Assembly: GCA_000934665.2 (NCBI GenBank)
Contig: JYFJ02003921.1
Location: 1-36,407 of the forward strand
Reading direction: 5' to 3'
Length of the DNA stretch: 36,407 nt
DNA from: Catajapyx aquilonaris
Taxonomy: Eukaryota
The notes under the pieces are model-generated. The model was not told where the DNA came from, made no database searches, and was given only the letters and a program-made list of their open reading frames with translations. Of this stretch, positions 1 to 12,612 are shown piece after piece. Made by a program: the position numbers and the translations under genes. How positions within the stretch are numbered: the first letter of the stretch is position 1; each line of letters begins with the position of its first letter.

Positions 1-885
1 TCAGCGCACTTTTTCTTATGCGAAAATCTCAATTCTTGACAGTCTTTGAAATTTTGTAAAAATAGCAAAAGGACCATTGTTGTAATAAATACAGTACCAT
101 GCATTTCCTCTTCAGCACTGTTAGTCATCCCATTAGACAGTGTATATTTAGATAACTCTGTTCATGGATCATTCTGGGACTGATTAGGGCCTATATTTGG
201 CCCCATTGCGTACTTTCAAGGCGCACATGCGTTCCTTCAAATGCAATTATTTTCCTTAAATCAAAAAACTCCTCCTGAGATTTTTTTCTATGTCAGGGGA
301 AGGGTCTGAGTTACAACATATTTAAAAATCGGACTTTTAAATTAGGCGGATTTTTTTTAAAAAAAAATTGAAATTTTGAAAATGGGACAAAATTTTCAAA
401 AAAGTCTACGAATTTTCAATCCTTAGTGAGATTGGGCTCTCGAATCTCTTCAAAGGGAGCAGTCTACGACGTCAGTAGCTCAATTGGTTCACGAGATATG
501 ACCGATTTCTGAAACCCTACCTTCCGAAAATGACGTTTTTTTCGGTGGGCCTATCTCCGGGGAGGGGGGGTAAATCTCAAAACCGCGCAAATGGTATTTT
601 TGAAAGACGTAATTAAAGCGATTCGCCGATTTTCGTCAAAATCTGACAACCCAAGGGTCAATTTTCCTTAAAAGCTCGGTGAATTGACATGGAATTACCC
701 ACAAGTTACACGCCAGTGATGAATCGCTCTACGCGAAGCAGCTCCCTGAAAAATGATACAAAACTGCCGTGTAACGTGCCTCAGAGACACTGTACATAAG
801 TGATTGAGTTTGCATGGGAGCACAAGCTCACCATATACTTCGAATTGACTTCAAAAGTCTATTGAACATGGTCTTAGAATACTAA

Positions 886-1235
886 GGTCTGGACACTCCC
901 GCTTATCGCCTGCCAGGGCATTTTGCATGAGCTGCTCACATGAGAGCGCCATGAGACAGCTTTTCTCTGCTCAATTATGTGGCGACTCTACCGGACTATG
1001 CTGAACTAAGGTAGAAGAGAAGCCACTACATCCGGGCCCAACATGACCGTCGGCGACCATGTTGGGTCCCACAATGTAGCGCTTCCCTGTTGTACCTATA
1101 AAGTTCAGCATACTCCGGTAGGGTCGCCACATAACGGAGCAGTGAAAAGCGGTCTCATGGTGCTCTCAAGAGAGCACCTCATGCAAAATGCCCCATCAGG
1201 CAATAAGATAAGATTGTAGGGGTAGTGTCCGGGGC
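886..1235. mobile_element. Palindromic MITE, possibly PIF/Harbinger-type
   Basis: Arms are near-perfect inverted repeats (GGACACT...GGGCATTTTGCATGAG...TTATGTGGCGAC / GTCGCCACATAA...CTCATGCAAAATGCCC...AGTGTCC); TAA on the left; related partial copy at ~28856-29022. Confidence 0.7.
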
Positions 1236-1419
1236 TGCTATTGAGTCATGTTTTGTCACATTGTCCCTATCCAATAATGTCCATAATGTGGATGCCATGA
1301 AACACCTGAAGTGTAACACTAATTCTTGTAATTCTAACTCTGATTTATTCCAATATGGAGAGCCTTCTATGATTACAAAGGCTATCCATTTATGCAACTA
1401 ATAAAATCACATATTTCAG

Positions 1420-1633
1420 AATTGCCATAAACATGAAGCCTTACGTGATGAAGTGTACTGCCAAGTCATGAAGCAAACTACCAACAACAAATCTGCACGA
1501 CCAGATTCTTGTCAGAGAGGATGGCGTCTGTTTAGTATTTTAGCAGCATATTTTACCTCTTCAAACATCTTAAAACCATACCTGTACAAGTATTTAGAAA
1601 CAGCTGCCTATGACAAGAGAAGAGCATATCATG
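1420..1633 (+). CDS. Myo15: Myosin XV exon (MyTH4)
   Basis: tttcag|AAT TGC CAT...TAT CAT G|gtaat; NCHKHEALRDEVYCQ...KRRAYH. Confidence 0.9.
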
Positions 1634-4214
1634 GTAATAACATTGACATGTTTCATCAAATGACACTTGGCAACTACTACATGCAGCCTATCCACAGGAA
1701 CTGCAATGGTGTGTCTGAAAAACTTGCGCAAGACATTCAAGTATGGTGGACGTCGAAATGTTCCTAGTGTTGAGGAAATCACTGCCATCACTGCTGGGCG
1801 TAACTCGAAGCGCCAGATCTACAGATTGCCAGGTGGCACTGAAAGAGTGATCAACACGAAATCCACAACTGTTGTGCAGGTATGCACACTGTTACTTAAT
1901 TATTTCAGTGCTACTTACTTGACAGGTTCATAATGTTTCTTGCAGGACATTATCGAGGAGATATGCAATGTCATTAATGTGCGGTCTCAACATGAAATGG
2001 AAGAGTTCTCATTATATTGCATTGTAGAAGGTGATACATTTACTATGCCTTTAGCCAGAGAAGAATACATATTGGATGTCACCACAGAGCTACAGAAAAA
2101 TCAACAAGTATGTATTGGGCAGTTAATTGGAAGTCAGGAGTGCAATGACATTTATTATTATTGCAGATATTCTATCTGATTTTCTGCCGATCTGTGTGGT
2201 ATTATCCATTGCGTCTTGATAATCAGCTGTACATTGAAGTAGTTTTTAACCAAGTGATTCCGGATTATCTGGAAGGTCTGCTTCTGGTCATGCCAGGTGA
2301 ACAGCTGCAGCAAAACTTAGTGGTAAGTGTCATTATTCTAAATCAATTTCCACAATCATTAAATGAATATGCCAGAGAGAACTAAGGTCGATTGTTACCT
2401 CGTATTGTACATAACAAATTAACAAGGAGAAACATGAACTTTTCCTCTTGTATACAGGGTGAAGAGAAACTCACGGACAATCGCCATGTAGACTGATAGT
2501 AGGCCCTACTAGTAAAACTAATATAGGGACGTGCAATTAGTTTTGGGCTCCGTTGCATAGATAATGCATATGGCACCTTCAAAGTTTCGTGACGTCACAT
2601 CTGTTGCGCCAGCTTCTAAGAAGCAAAATTCAGCTCGAGGGCTTCCAGTCCCTTGCTTTGGTCCCCTAACACATCATCTATGTGCAATAGGCAATCAAAT
2701 CCCACAAGAGTAACAATCCGGGTACGACACCAGTGCACTTTGTCGTTTTTACCTCGTATTTTGCATCTGGCCGTCTACACTTTAAGGGCGCCGTACGCAT
2801 TAACTAGGCAATGGAGCCAAATACTAATTGCATATCCCTATATTAGTGGTGCGAGAACTATAAGTCTACCTGGCAATTGTCAGCAAGTTTCCCTTCACCC
2901 TGTATACAGTAGTATGGAAAACTATTGTTTGTAATTTTTACATGTTTATGTGCTATTTTTATGGAGAGTACATGTTCTATATGAGTGCTTCAAACATGTC
3001 CAACAATGCAAATGTTTTCTGTATAATCAATTAATGGTAATTAATCAACTGTGACATTAGGATTTTTTGTACCTCACTTGTCATGTGATCTGAACACTAA
3101 ATTATTAACAGTAATTTTAGTTTGTACAAAGATGCCAGGCACACAATTCCATTATTATCAAAAGTTGTTGTACAGTATTTGTAAAACTGCCATTGGACTC
3201 CTCAATGCATTGTGATTTATTTCAGTATGACATTGCCAAATTGGCAGCCCTACTGCATGTGGCTGCAGGAGTCAATTACTTGCCAACGTTGAAGGAGACC
3301 AAATATCTTCTTCCAAAACCAGCATTGGCAGTGAGAGATATTAAACCACCTCAGTGGGTAAATATGGTTCAAGCCAGCTGGAGAGAAGTGGAAGGCAGCC
3401 AGCCAAGCCAGGTCAAAGCACAAGTACTAGGTATGAAAAGAACTGCTGTACATTAATGTACATGATTCTAATTTTTTATTTGTCTTATAGAAATACTCCA
3501 GCAATGGCCTCTCTTTGGATCAAGCTTCTTTGCTGTGAAGCGAATATCTGATCCCAAAGAACGACTTGAACATATCTTAGCCCTAAATCGAAACGGGGTG
3601 CATTTCTTGGACTTGGTGACTCATGTAAGTATACAGTGTGTAGACTGTAATTTGGGACAGACTTCTAGGGTGTGTAGGGGCTGCCTAGAAAAGCAATTTG
3701 AGATTGGACACCCATGGTCGGAAACCCATCCCTACGGAGCCTCCAAGGCCCATTGTCATCCCATTGTTGTAACAATCCGTTATTGTTGTGTTTTCCAATG
3801 TGCTTCTAGCTCCTTTGGGATGGGTTTTCGACCATGGGTGTCCAATCTCAAATTGCTTCTCTAGGCATCCCTTACACACCCTAGAAGTATGTCCCAAATT
3901 ACAGCCTACACCCTGGTATAGTCCCAAATAATGCTAAAAAGATGCAAAACTAAAATACCCATTTACACTGCTTTCAGGAAACTCTGATTCATTATACATT
4001 TGCTGAAGTTATTTCAACACGTAAGGTAAAGTCTGAAGATGGAACCCTGTATCTGGATATGAAGTGTGGGAATCTAATGCAACAGAAGATTACCCGGATC
4101 CAGACTGACCAAGCACATGAGATATCTAGGCTCATCCGCCAATACATTACTATAGAGCAGCGGAATCATGGGATTGTTACAACGAATAATTCTGCAGAGG
4201 TCATGCTGAGATGA
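1420..4214 (+). CDS. Myo15: Unconventional myosin XV (Myo15/sisyphus-like), 3' part: C-terminal MyTH4 + FERM domains; 5' exons lie upstream of the window
   Basis: Exons 1420-1633, 1698-1879, 1946-2107, 2167-2322, 3226-3430, 3491-3624 and 3978-4214 join in phase through GT-AG introns (429 aa + TGA). Motifs LRDEVYCQVMKQTTNN and GWRLFSILAAYF (MyTH4), GGRRNVPS..AGRNSKRQIYRLPGG, YILDV, NQVIPDYLEGL and WPLFGSSFF (FERM) closely resemble the myosin XVa tail. Confidence 0.92.
1698..1879 (+). CDS. Myo15: Myosin XV exon (MyTH4/FERM junction)
   Basis: ccacag|GA ACT...GTG CAG|gtatg; GTAMVCLKNLRKTFKYGGRR...TTVVQ. Confidence 0.9.
1946..2107 (+). CDS. Myo15: Myosin XV exon (FERM)
   Basis: ttgcag|GAC...CAA|gtatg; DIIEEIC...ELQKNQQ. 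Confidence 0.9.
2167..2322 (+). CDS. Myo15: Myosin XV exon (FERM)
   Basis: ttgcag|ATA...GTG|gtaagt; IFYLIFCRSVW...QQNLV. Confidence 0.9.
2455..2902. mobile_element. Tc1/mariner-type MITE, copy 1
   Basis: TA|CAGGGTGAAGAGAAACT...AGTTTCCCTTCACCCTG|TA; colinear homologue at 17511-17957. Confidence 0.9.
3226..3430 (+). CDS. Myo15: Myosin XV exon (FERM)
   Basis: tttcag|TAT...CTA G|gtatg; YDIAKLAALLH...KAQVL. Confidence 0.9.
3491..3624 (+). CDS. Myo15: Myosin XV exon (FERM)
   Basis: ttatag|AA ATA...CAT|gtaagt; EILQQWPLFGSSFFAVKR...LDLVTH. Confidence 0.9.
3634..3915. mobile_element. Tc1/mariner-type hairpin MITE with ~105-bp TIRs
   Basis: TA|CAGTGTGTAGACTGTAATTTGGGACA...TGTCCCAAATTACAGCCTACACCCTG; accounts for the mirror-image ORFs 3535+ and 3685-. 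Confidence 0.88.
3978..4214 (+). CDS. Myo15: Myosin XV terminal coding exon
   Basis: tttcag|GAA ACT CTG...AGA TGA; ETLIHYTFAEVISTRKVKSEDGTLYLDMKCGNLMQQKITRIQTDQAHEISRLIRQYI... Absent from the ORF track. Confidence 0.9.
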   Translation, partial: ETLIHYTFAEVISTRKVKSEDGTLYLDMKCGNLMQQKITRIQTDQAHEISRLIRQYITIEQRNHGIVTTNNSAEVMLR

Positions 4215-7200
4215 TGACTCAGAAAGTGCCCCTTAGACAATAAGGAAGTATTTTTTTAATACATGGGTGCAAATATGTTCAGCTTGTCTATTTTTATGTC
4301 GTGTGCACAGCATTGACATATACGTGAATAGTGTATTGTTGAAAATGTTAAGCTTTAGGATATTTGAAGGTAAGCATAATTATATTCAAGTAACCTTGTG
4401 CAGGTTAGCTGTCCTTTAAGCCTGGTAGCATAGGACGATGGAATGCTGCAAGTGCTCTTATAATATGCAATGGGAAATCAATAAGCAGAAAATTCTTCTT
4501 AGGTTCTGTCTTGAACTGTTATAAAATATAAATATTCACATGAAAGAATCCCTCCTTTCCTATTTTAAACCTTTGAGCCACCGACACATACCCACATACC
4601 CTTGCCTCTGAGTCACACAAGTGTAATTGATATGCTCAGCAAAAATAGTTCTTTGGCTGTGCATCACTGATTTCATTCATTGAAACATTTCCCTTTGTCA
4701 ATGAATTTTTCACGAGGCTGAAAGAGTGAAAGGTCACAGGTCTGGGCTGAGGTTGAGTTTCTGGAACCGTAATGCTATTTTTTAAACTAGTATTCTCTAC
4801 AGTCATAGTGACAATCAGCTCACTCTGTCTTATGTGCTTCCTAGTCTTCCTTCCAAGTGTACATGCCTAAGGTCATATGGGATTTTATTCCTCCAAGTTA
4901 TACATTCAGGATCAGAAGCATGAAAACTTTTTTGCTGCTTGCTGATTTCCCTTCTTAGCTCACTTATTCACTATCCGAATTGCATGGTGTTATGCCCAGT
5001 TCTTTATTGTCCTTCCCTACACACCATAGCAAAGGATGTTCATGTGACATAGGTCGAGCTCAATGAATTTTTCTTTTATGTGTGCAATTGTCAATATATT
5101 CTATTAATAACTCTGTGCAATACTGTTAGGTAAGAAATCCACTCCACATTGTCCCAAAACTAATTTTCATACCCAATGACACACTGCAGTCACATTCTTC
5201 CACGGAATGGTTGAATCAGATGTGCTCTAATTTTTAGGAAATTATGGAAATTATCTGGAATTTTACAGGACCATGGATGTGTATGGAACAAATAATTTCA
5301 TACAGATTCTTAGTGCATAGTGTTTGAAACAAAAATGAAATATACAACTTCTTGGTGTAGCATGGCAAGATGTGACAAATTTCCCATGTTAAAAGGATTG
5401 GTACTTGTTTACGTACTTGCATTTAGTATCAGGAAGCACATCTGCATGGCATACCACTGTGCAGCCACACCAAGAAGGGTCTTTGTGATCAACTGTGTAG
5501 TAGTCTTAGGTATTTTGCAAGCCAGCTAGCTTCATATTGACAAAATAAGCACTGGTTTTATTTAATCATCAATTGTGGAAAGCGGTGCATGTAATTGATC
5601 ACTCCACCCCCTATTAATACATATTTGACCTTCCGAACACCTGTCTCAATAGTTCTGTGGTTTCATATACCAGTATGTGTTATTCATTTTTCACTCCTAC
5701 TATTACAGAAGAGATGCTAATATTGCTTCAGCTGAAAATGATGTTAGTCCCAAATGCCTTGATATACTAATAGGCGGGCTGATCAGGAAGTTGCAGCATG
5801 TGAATGCTTAGACATGCATGTCAGCATATTGGTACAATAGCCAATTTCTCAATCTGTTACATATGACACCACCTTGTAAATCTGGACTACCTTGAACCTT
5901 GTAAATCAAGAGCTACAAATTTATGTTCTATTCCACATAAAGATACTGCCTGCAATTAAATCTTACAATAAATCTAATCACATGTGCATCAGACTCATGC
6001 ATATCAGATGCAACAAGACCATTAAGAATGGTTGTTTGATGTGTCTCATCAAAGGAGCAGTTCTACATATGCAGGAAGTTTTCACTACCATACAATCTCA
6101 TCACGAGATAGCAGAGATAATTTTTAGTGCATTAATCATCATACTACATTTTGTAGACTAGCCACCAAGGGGAGGGGTGTCAAACCATTTCTTGATGTTC
6201 AGTCATATTTGGAGATATGTTTACTGCACCTCCTCAAATGGCTATATCGTCACAATGTGTGTCACTGCATTTAGTGTGCAAGTTTGATGCACAAATACCT
6301 AACTAGTTTTGTTGCTTTTGGTTCATTAAAAGCACACCCAAACCATTTCTATTGTTTCATTATCAAAATTCTTCAAGCAAGGTATCTGCCATATTATGTT
6401 GGATGTAATGTGGCATGCTTTTGATTTGTACTGTACTGTTCAATATGTGATAAGTCATAAGTGGAGTAGGCAGGAATGGGATAATTAAATATTGTTACAG
6501 TGCCAAAAGCTGAAAGTGACATTGTTTTGGTAATAATCACAGACACCAAATTTATGCATTACTAAACCTTAAAAGCAATGTGTTATGTATATTCAAATCA
6601 CTTTGACAATCCAATTTTAAGTCAGCACTGAGGATGCAAATTCACTGTAGTTACTGCACTACAAAGAAGAGTAATGTGCAGACGTGGTTGGGAAAGAATT
6701 CTTAAAACTATAACTCACTCCTGCATTGGATAAATCAAGAGTCTGACATTTAAAAAAAACAAAACTTGATAGACTGTGCTCACCCTTACCCTTTTAGAGC
6801 TCAACTGATGGAGTCACAAATGACAGACCGTACACTGCCTATTAGCTCCAAATATATGATCCAAAATTCTGATAATTTGCTGGCATTATACTTTTACCTA
6901 TGTGTGGCAGGTCACTGTGTGCTTTGCCTGACTGTCTGCATTGTTGTGAGAGAACACATATGCTGAGACATTGAGAACTTTAGTATTTTTGTGAGGAGGG
7001 ACAAAGTATTCATTTTATGGTTTTAAACAGTGTCATCAACACACTATATTGGCTTAAACGGGCGTATTTATTTGATGTTCAAGGTTCAGATTATGATTCA
7101 AGAGGGACTGGAGCAATAAGTGGCTTCATGTGAAATTCCATTAGGCTTTCATCACAGAGTAAGCATTTTTTTTGTCACATGAAGTAATTTTGAAATGCTG

Positions 7201-7456
7201 AATAATATAAGTTTAGTTTCATTCAGGTGGAAGAAATAATGGTTGAAATAGTGCTGTAAGTGAATCTTACAGTTGTGTATACATATTTGGAAATATATTA
7301 AAGTTTGCCATGAATGTTAGTTTCATTTTTCTCTTTCTGAGATTTGCAATAATGCATCATGTTTTCCTGCATGCTGACATGGCCTCCCTCACTGACCCAG
7401 ATCCATGACAAACCTCTGACAACAATTTCCTCTCTGAATAAAATATGATATAAATT

Positions 7457-7705
7457 GTGGCGCTCAGAGGAAGTACGGCATATCCCAACTGGAGTTCGTT
7501 TTGAGAAAAGTGGCTTTTTGTGTTTTGCTTTATCATGCAGCTAAAGCTACAGACAAATTTTACAAGTGGAATATGTGAGCTTTGACATGTCTCAATTCAC
7601 TTGGTACTTCAGCACATGAAAGGTAGATGGTAGGAGAGTACAACAGCACTAAAATCTCAAAATTGGAGGTCGTTTGGGATATGCCATTCTTCCTCTGAGC
7701 ACCTC
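7457..7705. mobile_element. MITE with AATT TSD and GAG..CTC-type termini (Sola-like), copy 1
   Basis: AATT|GTGGCGCTCAGAGGAAGTACGGCATATCCCAA...TTGGGATATGCCATTCTTCCTCTGAGCACCTC|AATT. Confidence 0.8.
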
Positions 7706-8395
7706 AATTATGGTAACTGCAGCAATGCAAAATATCACTGACTGGGCTCTCCCAATGCTATTCATTCCACAAGTTTTGGTCTGTTTTTAGCACTTAAGCA
7801 GTATGGTTGAAGGATTCATGTGAATCTGCCACCAGCTTCAATGTGCGAGTGAAATTCAGAAGAAAAGGGGGAAACGGGCGTTGAATTTCCCATGTCTGGA
7901 GAGCTGTCAATAACACTTTGTTGCAATTTTCTGCCTGTTGACTCCAATTCACTTCTTTGCATAGTCATGCTTTCGGGCCACCATTGTTGTTTTTTGTACC
8001 ATGTTGAGGAATGAAAAAAATGATGGTATGAAAAATTGAGTATGGTACCTGTGACTACCCTTGTGACTGTGCAGCTTTTACAATAGCGAGAATATAATTA
8101 TGTCACGCAATCAACAATGATTGCCTTTATTGTGACTCACTTGAATGCAGGAAACATGCATACTGCAGGTACTGTCAGGTGAGGGCTGCTTGTGGCACAA
8201 ACCAATCGCTTGGTTCAAGAGGGGGAATACCCTCGCGTATCTGCATCCTGAAGTATGTTGTGCCAATTTTAAGACGCCACAGGCCAATCCACATGCCGAA
8301 GATGATGCAGTGCGGTATGCACACGAACTCCTCAGGCGGAGTCAGTTAACGGGTGAGACTTTTTTGGGTTAGGGGCCACACTGGAGTCTTCAGAA

Positions 8396-9681
8396 ATGAG
8401 AAGGCGGACCTGGAGGCCCGGGCAGCGGGAGGGAGCTGTGAGCATTCCTACCATGAAAAAGGATATCTGTGCGAATGAAGGTGTGACCGCTATGAGGATG
8501 TGGCAAATGGATTGGGATAAGGAGGGGGAGACCTGGAGTCGGTCATTTCTCCCAGTAGTGGGAGAGGAAAGACACACGCATGGACACACTGCAAAGTTCA
8601 TTTTTGGTCATGGACAGTCTTTCAATGCTTATTTTGAGAGATTTAAGCTACTGGGACGTGGTGGTGTTTGCGACCTCTCTGGGGAGTGTGGGAGTGGACG
8701 GCAGACCCAGGAACACCTTTAGTGGAATTGTGTCCTGGAGCCCATTGTCTTGGCAAGAGACAAACTTATGTTGGAGGTGGTAGTTAACCCCTTCGGCCCC
8801 AGATCGGCCCGAACCACACAGTTTTTGGCTTACGCGTACTCCGAAGAGACGGACAAGATATTTTGCAAATAATAACAGCTATACTTACGAGATCTGGGAA
8901 AACCCTATGAATGTGTCTAGAACCATTTTACTCGTCTAGAAGTACCTAAATTAATTTCCAAAAAAGGGCTATAATAACCCGAAATTGGACTACTGCCGCC
9001 CAACCTTTAGGGTGATTTAATTATGAAATGCGTGAAAAGATGCGGAATAACAACCTTGAGAACCATGCCAGAGGAATTTGCTGAAATCGTCGTGCTTTGC
9101 GAGAAATAAATTAATACTTATTTGCGGCTTTCTGGCACTTCGGAAAACTTCGGAAAACTCCCAAATTTATTTGTTTCTCATGAAGTACGACGATTTCAGA
9201 AAATTCATCTCATACTCATTTAGGATTTTTCCTAAGTGCTAGAAAGCCGCAAATAAATATTAATTTATTTCTCGCAAAGTACGACGATTTCAGCAAATTC
9301 GTCTGGCATGGTTCTCATGGTTGTTATTCCGCATATTTTCATGCATTTCATAATCAAATCAGCCTAAAAGTTGGGCGGCAGTAGTCCAATTTCGAGTTAT
9401 TATAGCCCCTTTTTGGAAATTAATTTAGGGACTTCTAGACGAGTAAAATGGTTCCAGACACATTCATAGGGTTTTCCCAGATCTCGTAAGTATAGCTGTT
9501 ATTATTTGCAAAATATCTTGTCCGTATCTTCGGAGTACGCGTAAGCCAAAAACTGTGTGGTTCGGGCCGATCTGGGGCCGAAGGGGTTAAAGGCGGGCTG
9601 GATTGGCCGTGTAAGTTGACGGACATAGTTGATTCCCATTGGACCACGTTCAGTCTGTTTTGCCTGGCTGTTGATAAGTAA
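8396..9681 (+). pseudogene. Degenerate 3' end of a non-LTR retrotransposon ORF2 (R1-like CCHC knuckle), split by a TTAA MITE
   Basis: WQMDWD..GHGQSFNAYFERFKL..C....ECG..QTQEHL*WNC. Removing 8788-9590 restores the frame: ..LEVVVKGGLDWPCKLTDIV..DK*. Confidence 0.75.
8788..9586. mobile_element. piggyBac-type foldback MITE, 799 bp
   Basis: TTAA|CCCCTTCGGCCCCAGATC...GATCTGGGGCCGAAGGGG|TTAA; ~345-bp near-identical inverted arms. Confidence 0.92.
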
Positions 9682-10054
9682 GTTCCTTTCCGAGGCTAAT
9701 GCTTGAAGACGGGAGTCTGATGTCTGAAGTTTGAAGTTGAAGACTAGTGAATGTGCGGCTCTCTGGCGTGCAAGGTGGCTCCTCCTTTTGTTCTGATGAT
9801 TAACAATTAATAACTGAACAGTACATAATAAACCACACACCAGTATGACATACTGTATCATATTCATTTCTCTCATACTCTTATCTACAATCAAAACTTC
9901 CATGAGAAAAATAAGGTAGTCATGAGTGAATAAATATGCAATAAGGTGGGAGAATTTATTAATAAACAGTCTTCCATTATAGGCATGTTTATCTCCTGGA
10001 CATGCCTATTGTACAGTACCATAATTTACAGCACGGTACTGTACAATGGAAATT

Positions 10055-10201
10055 GAGGCACTCAGAGGAAGAACGGCATATCCCAATATTCCACTTGTAA
10101 AATTTGTCCGTATGGAAAAACCTATTGTTTTACGACACGAAAAGGCATTTATCTCAAAATGAACTCCAGTTGGGATATGCTGTTCTTCCTCTGAGCACCT
10201 C
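10055..10201. mobile_element. Sola-like MITE, copy 2 (inverted, internally shorter)
   Basis: AATT|GAGGCACTCAGAGGAAGAACGGCATATCCCAA...CTGAGCACCTC|AATT. Confidence 0.8.
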
Positions 10202-10491
10202 AATTGCTTTTATCTGAATGAGACAATGAAATGTTTTTCCCTATTTGCAAAATATACATATTATAAGAAGTTTAGGTATGGTATATTTACTCACATCAAT
10301 TATTTAGTCTTACCAACTAAATTTAGTTAGACAAAGGAATTGTAACTCAATGAAGAAGAGTCATAAGCACAACTATCTTTTACATTGGGGGGAACCATAC
10401 AAATTGCCATAAAACTGGTATACCAAATCTTCAACCCATATTGTATGACACAATACATCAACAACACATGTGTATATGGTGCCCAATACCA

Positions 10492-11248
10492 TTAGTATGC
10501 AATTAACACAACATTTGGATTAAGTTCCAGCACTTTACTCTGATCAATCCACACTTCACGGCACCATTGGACCCTGACACTCTTCAGTTTTATGCATTGA
10601 GCAATCAACTGGTATAAGCCAGTGTTGGTAAAACCAGAGCAATAAAACAAAGTCACATGAGTCAGCTCCAAGCACCTGGAAGCTATGACTGACAAGCAAC
10701 TATCTGGCAGACCACTGCAGTGGAACAACTTAAGGCTCTCGAGGCGAGTGGCTGCTTCTGCCAGAAAAAAAAATCTCTCCAACTTCCCCATGTCAGAAAG
10801 AGAGACAAAGCCTAGTTCAAGTCTGCGCAGGTTTGGCAGGTTGCCAATCACCTCTACAGGGGTAGTCTTCATTACATCACCTGCTTCATCCAGTATGAGC
10901 TCTTCCAGCTTGTGGCACTGTCCAAGGACGAAGAATGGGTCATGCCCCTCATGACTAATGTCACCTACTCGAAGTCGCAACAGCTGGCCTCCAATTGTTT
11001 GGATTACTGTCTTCAGGAAGGTTTCACCGTGAGTTGATGGAAAGAAACAAAACTCAACATTGGTGAGTTTTGGCCACTTCCTCACAGTTAGCTTGTCTAG
11101 AGGGAGCACGTCACAATCGTGGTAGTCCATGTCCACCACAAACCTCTCAAGTTTGAGGCTGACAGAAAATATATCCAGGATGTGACGAGTGTCTCTGCAT
11201 TTGTAGCTACATTCTCCATCCAGTTTAACTTCTTTCAGGGATCGGCAA
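10492..11248 (-). CDS. FBXL gene last coding exon (LRRs)
   Basis: Polypyrimidine tract + CACAG|T acceptor at 11249 matches the phase-2 donor; open to TAA at 10492. Confidence 0.88.
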
Positions 11249-12544
11249 CTGTGGATGTAACAATAGAGAAGAATAAAATTATCTGAAAAAGTGGGAAGGA
11301 AATCCATTGTTGCTGCATTTCCTAATCAATTAACATCTGAATAACATCCACAACAAATTAATAATAACCACAAATTGCAACAAAACCACATTAATTTATT
11401 TTTTTAAAATTACCCCTATGCTGACCTTGCTTGGTCTTAAGGGGGGAAAGGAGGTTCCCAAGAGGGGGGCTCTGTATGATATAAACTGTAACCACCAGAC
11501 CTTTTCTCCGGGCCCCGGGCAGAGTAGGGAGTGCAATTCTGCCCAGGCATGTCGGGTGAAAAGCGGAAAAGACCCAGCCAAGCAGAGGTGACGGGGACGG
11601 GATTTGAACACCGGCCTCCCGCTTGGCTGGCCAGCGGCATAGCCGCTAGACCACCATGCCTCCCCACCACATTAATTATTACTAAAACAGGTGCAGTTTT
11701 GGATACCTGTGTATGATGTAATTCTAGGGTTTAGCAGTGTAGGCTACAGTACAAGAAGAAGGATTGCAAAAGGAAAAGACTGGAGTCACATTTTTTTAAA
11801 AAATGGGTTAGTGCACCGCCCATTTGGCACGGTACTTTGATTTGCTTTTTTGGTGTACTTTAGTGGGTGCTTAACGTCGGCCTATTTCTGCCACTAGGCT
11901 CAACACCGACACCAGGGGGTGGGCCTCCTCCTGGGAATTTGGCCAATCTGGGGATCTTTAACGTGCACTTGCACAATGTCACAAGCACACAGGACCAACG
12001 GCTTTACTTCCCCTCCGAAGGAAGGCGCACTCTCACTTTTCTACCACCCGGAGAAAAGCCACTGACCTCAGCCGGGTTTGAACCCACAACTTTTGGGTCC
12101 AGAGGCGAGCGCGCTAACCACCAGACCACCAGAGCCGGCATTTTTAGGTGTACTATGGCAGCCAAAAGTATTGTCCGGAGGTGATGGGTATATAGCGCCG
12201 CGCTGCCGCCCATCGGCAGCTGGGAGAAACTGACATGCTGGTGACGATACCTGCTTCTTAGAGACACGTCAGGAGCCGAGACTGGGAGGGAGACCAGATC
12301 AGAGGGGGGAGTCGTATGTGTCCGGATGGTTAAATGGGAAAGAGAGACAGATTATTAGGGCTTCGTCAGCTAATAAGCGCAAGGTCATGGGCATTTTTCA
12401 GACTTGAAATTTGAGTATCATTACGATTTCGCACAATTATTATCTGTGATGCGTGTTGGCCGCACTGTAAATGTGTCACTTGTCAGGTCATTCTTTTATC
12501 GATGCAGTATTCCATGCGACGACGATGCATGAATAATGAAGATG

Positions 12545-12612
<68 letters not shown>

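Noticed and set aside
1..700. Probable DNA-transposon remnant in the myosin intron
   Set aside because: The composition is TE-like, but no matching second terminus or TSD is visible in the window, so it was not called.
3535..3927. Two antiparallel ORFs with near-identical peptides
   Set aside because: Artefact of the MITE's inverted repeats; only 3491-3624 is coding.
11249..11307. ORF-track start (MDFLPTF...) or the acceptor at 11283 for the LRR exon
   Set aside because: That acceptor is phase 1 and incompatible with the upstream phase-2 donor. The acceptor at 11249 fits and restores an LRR.
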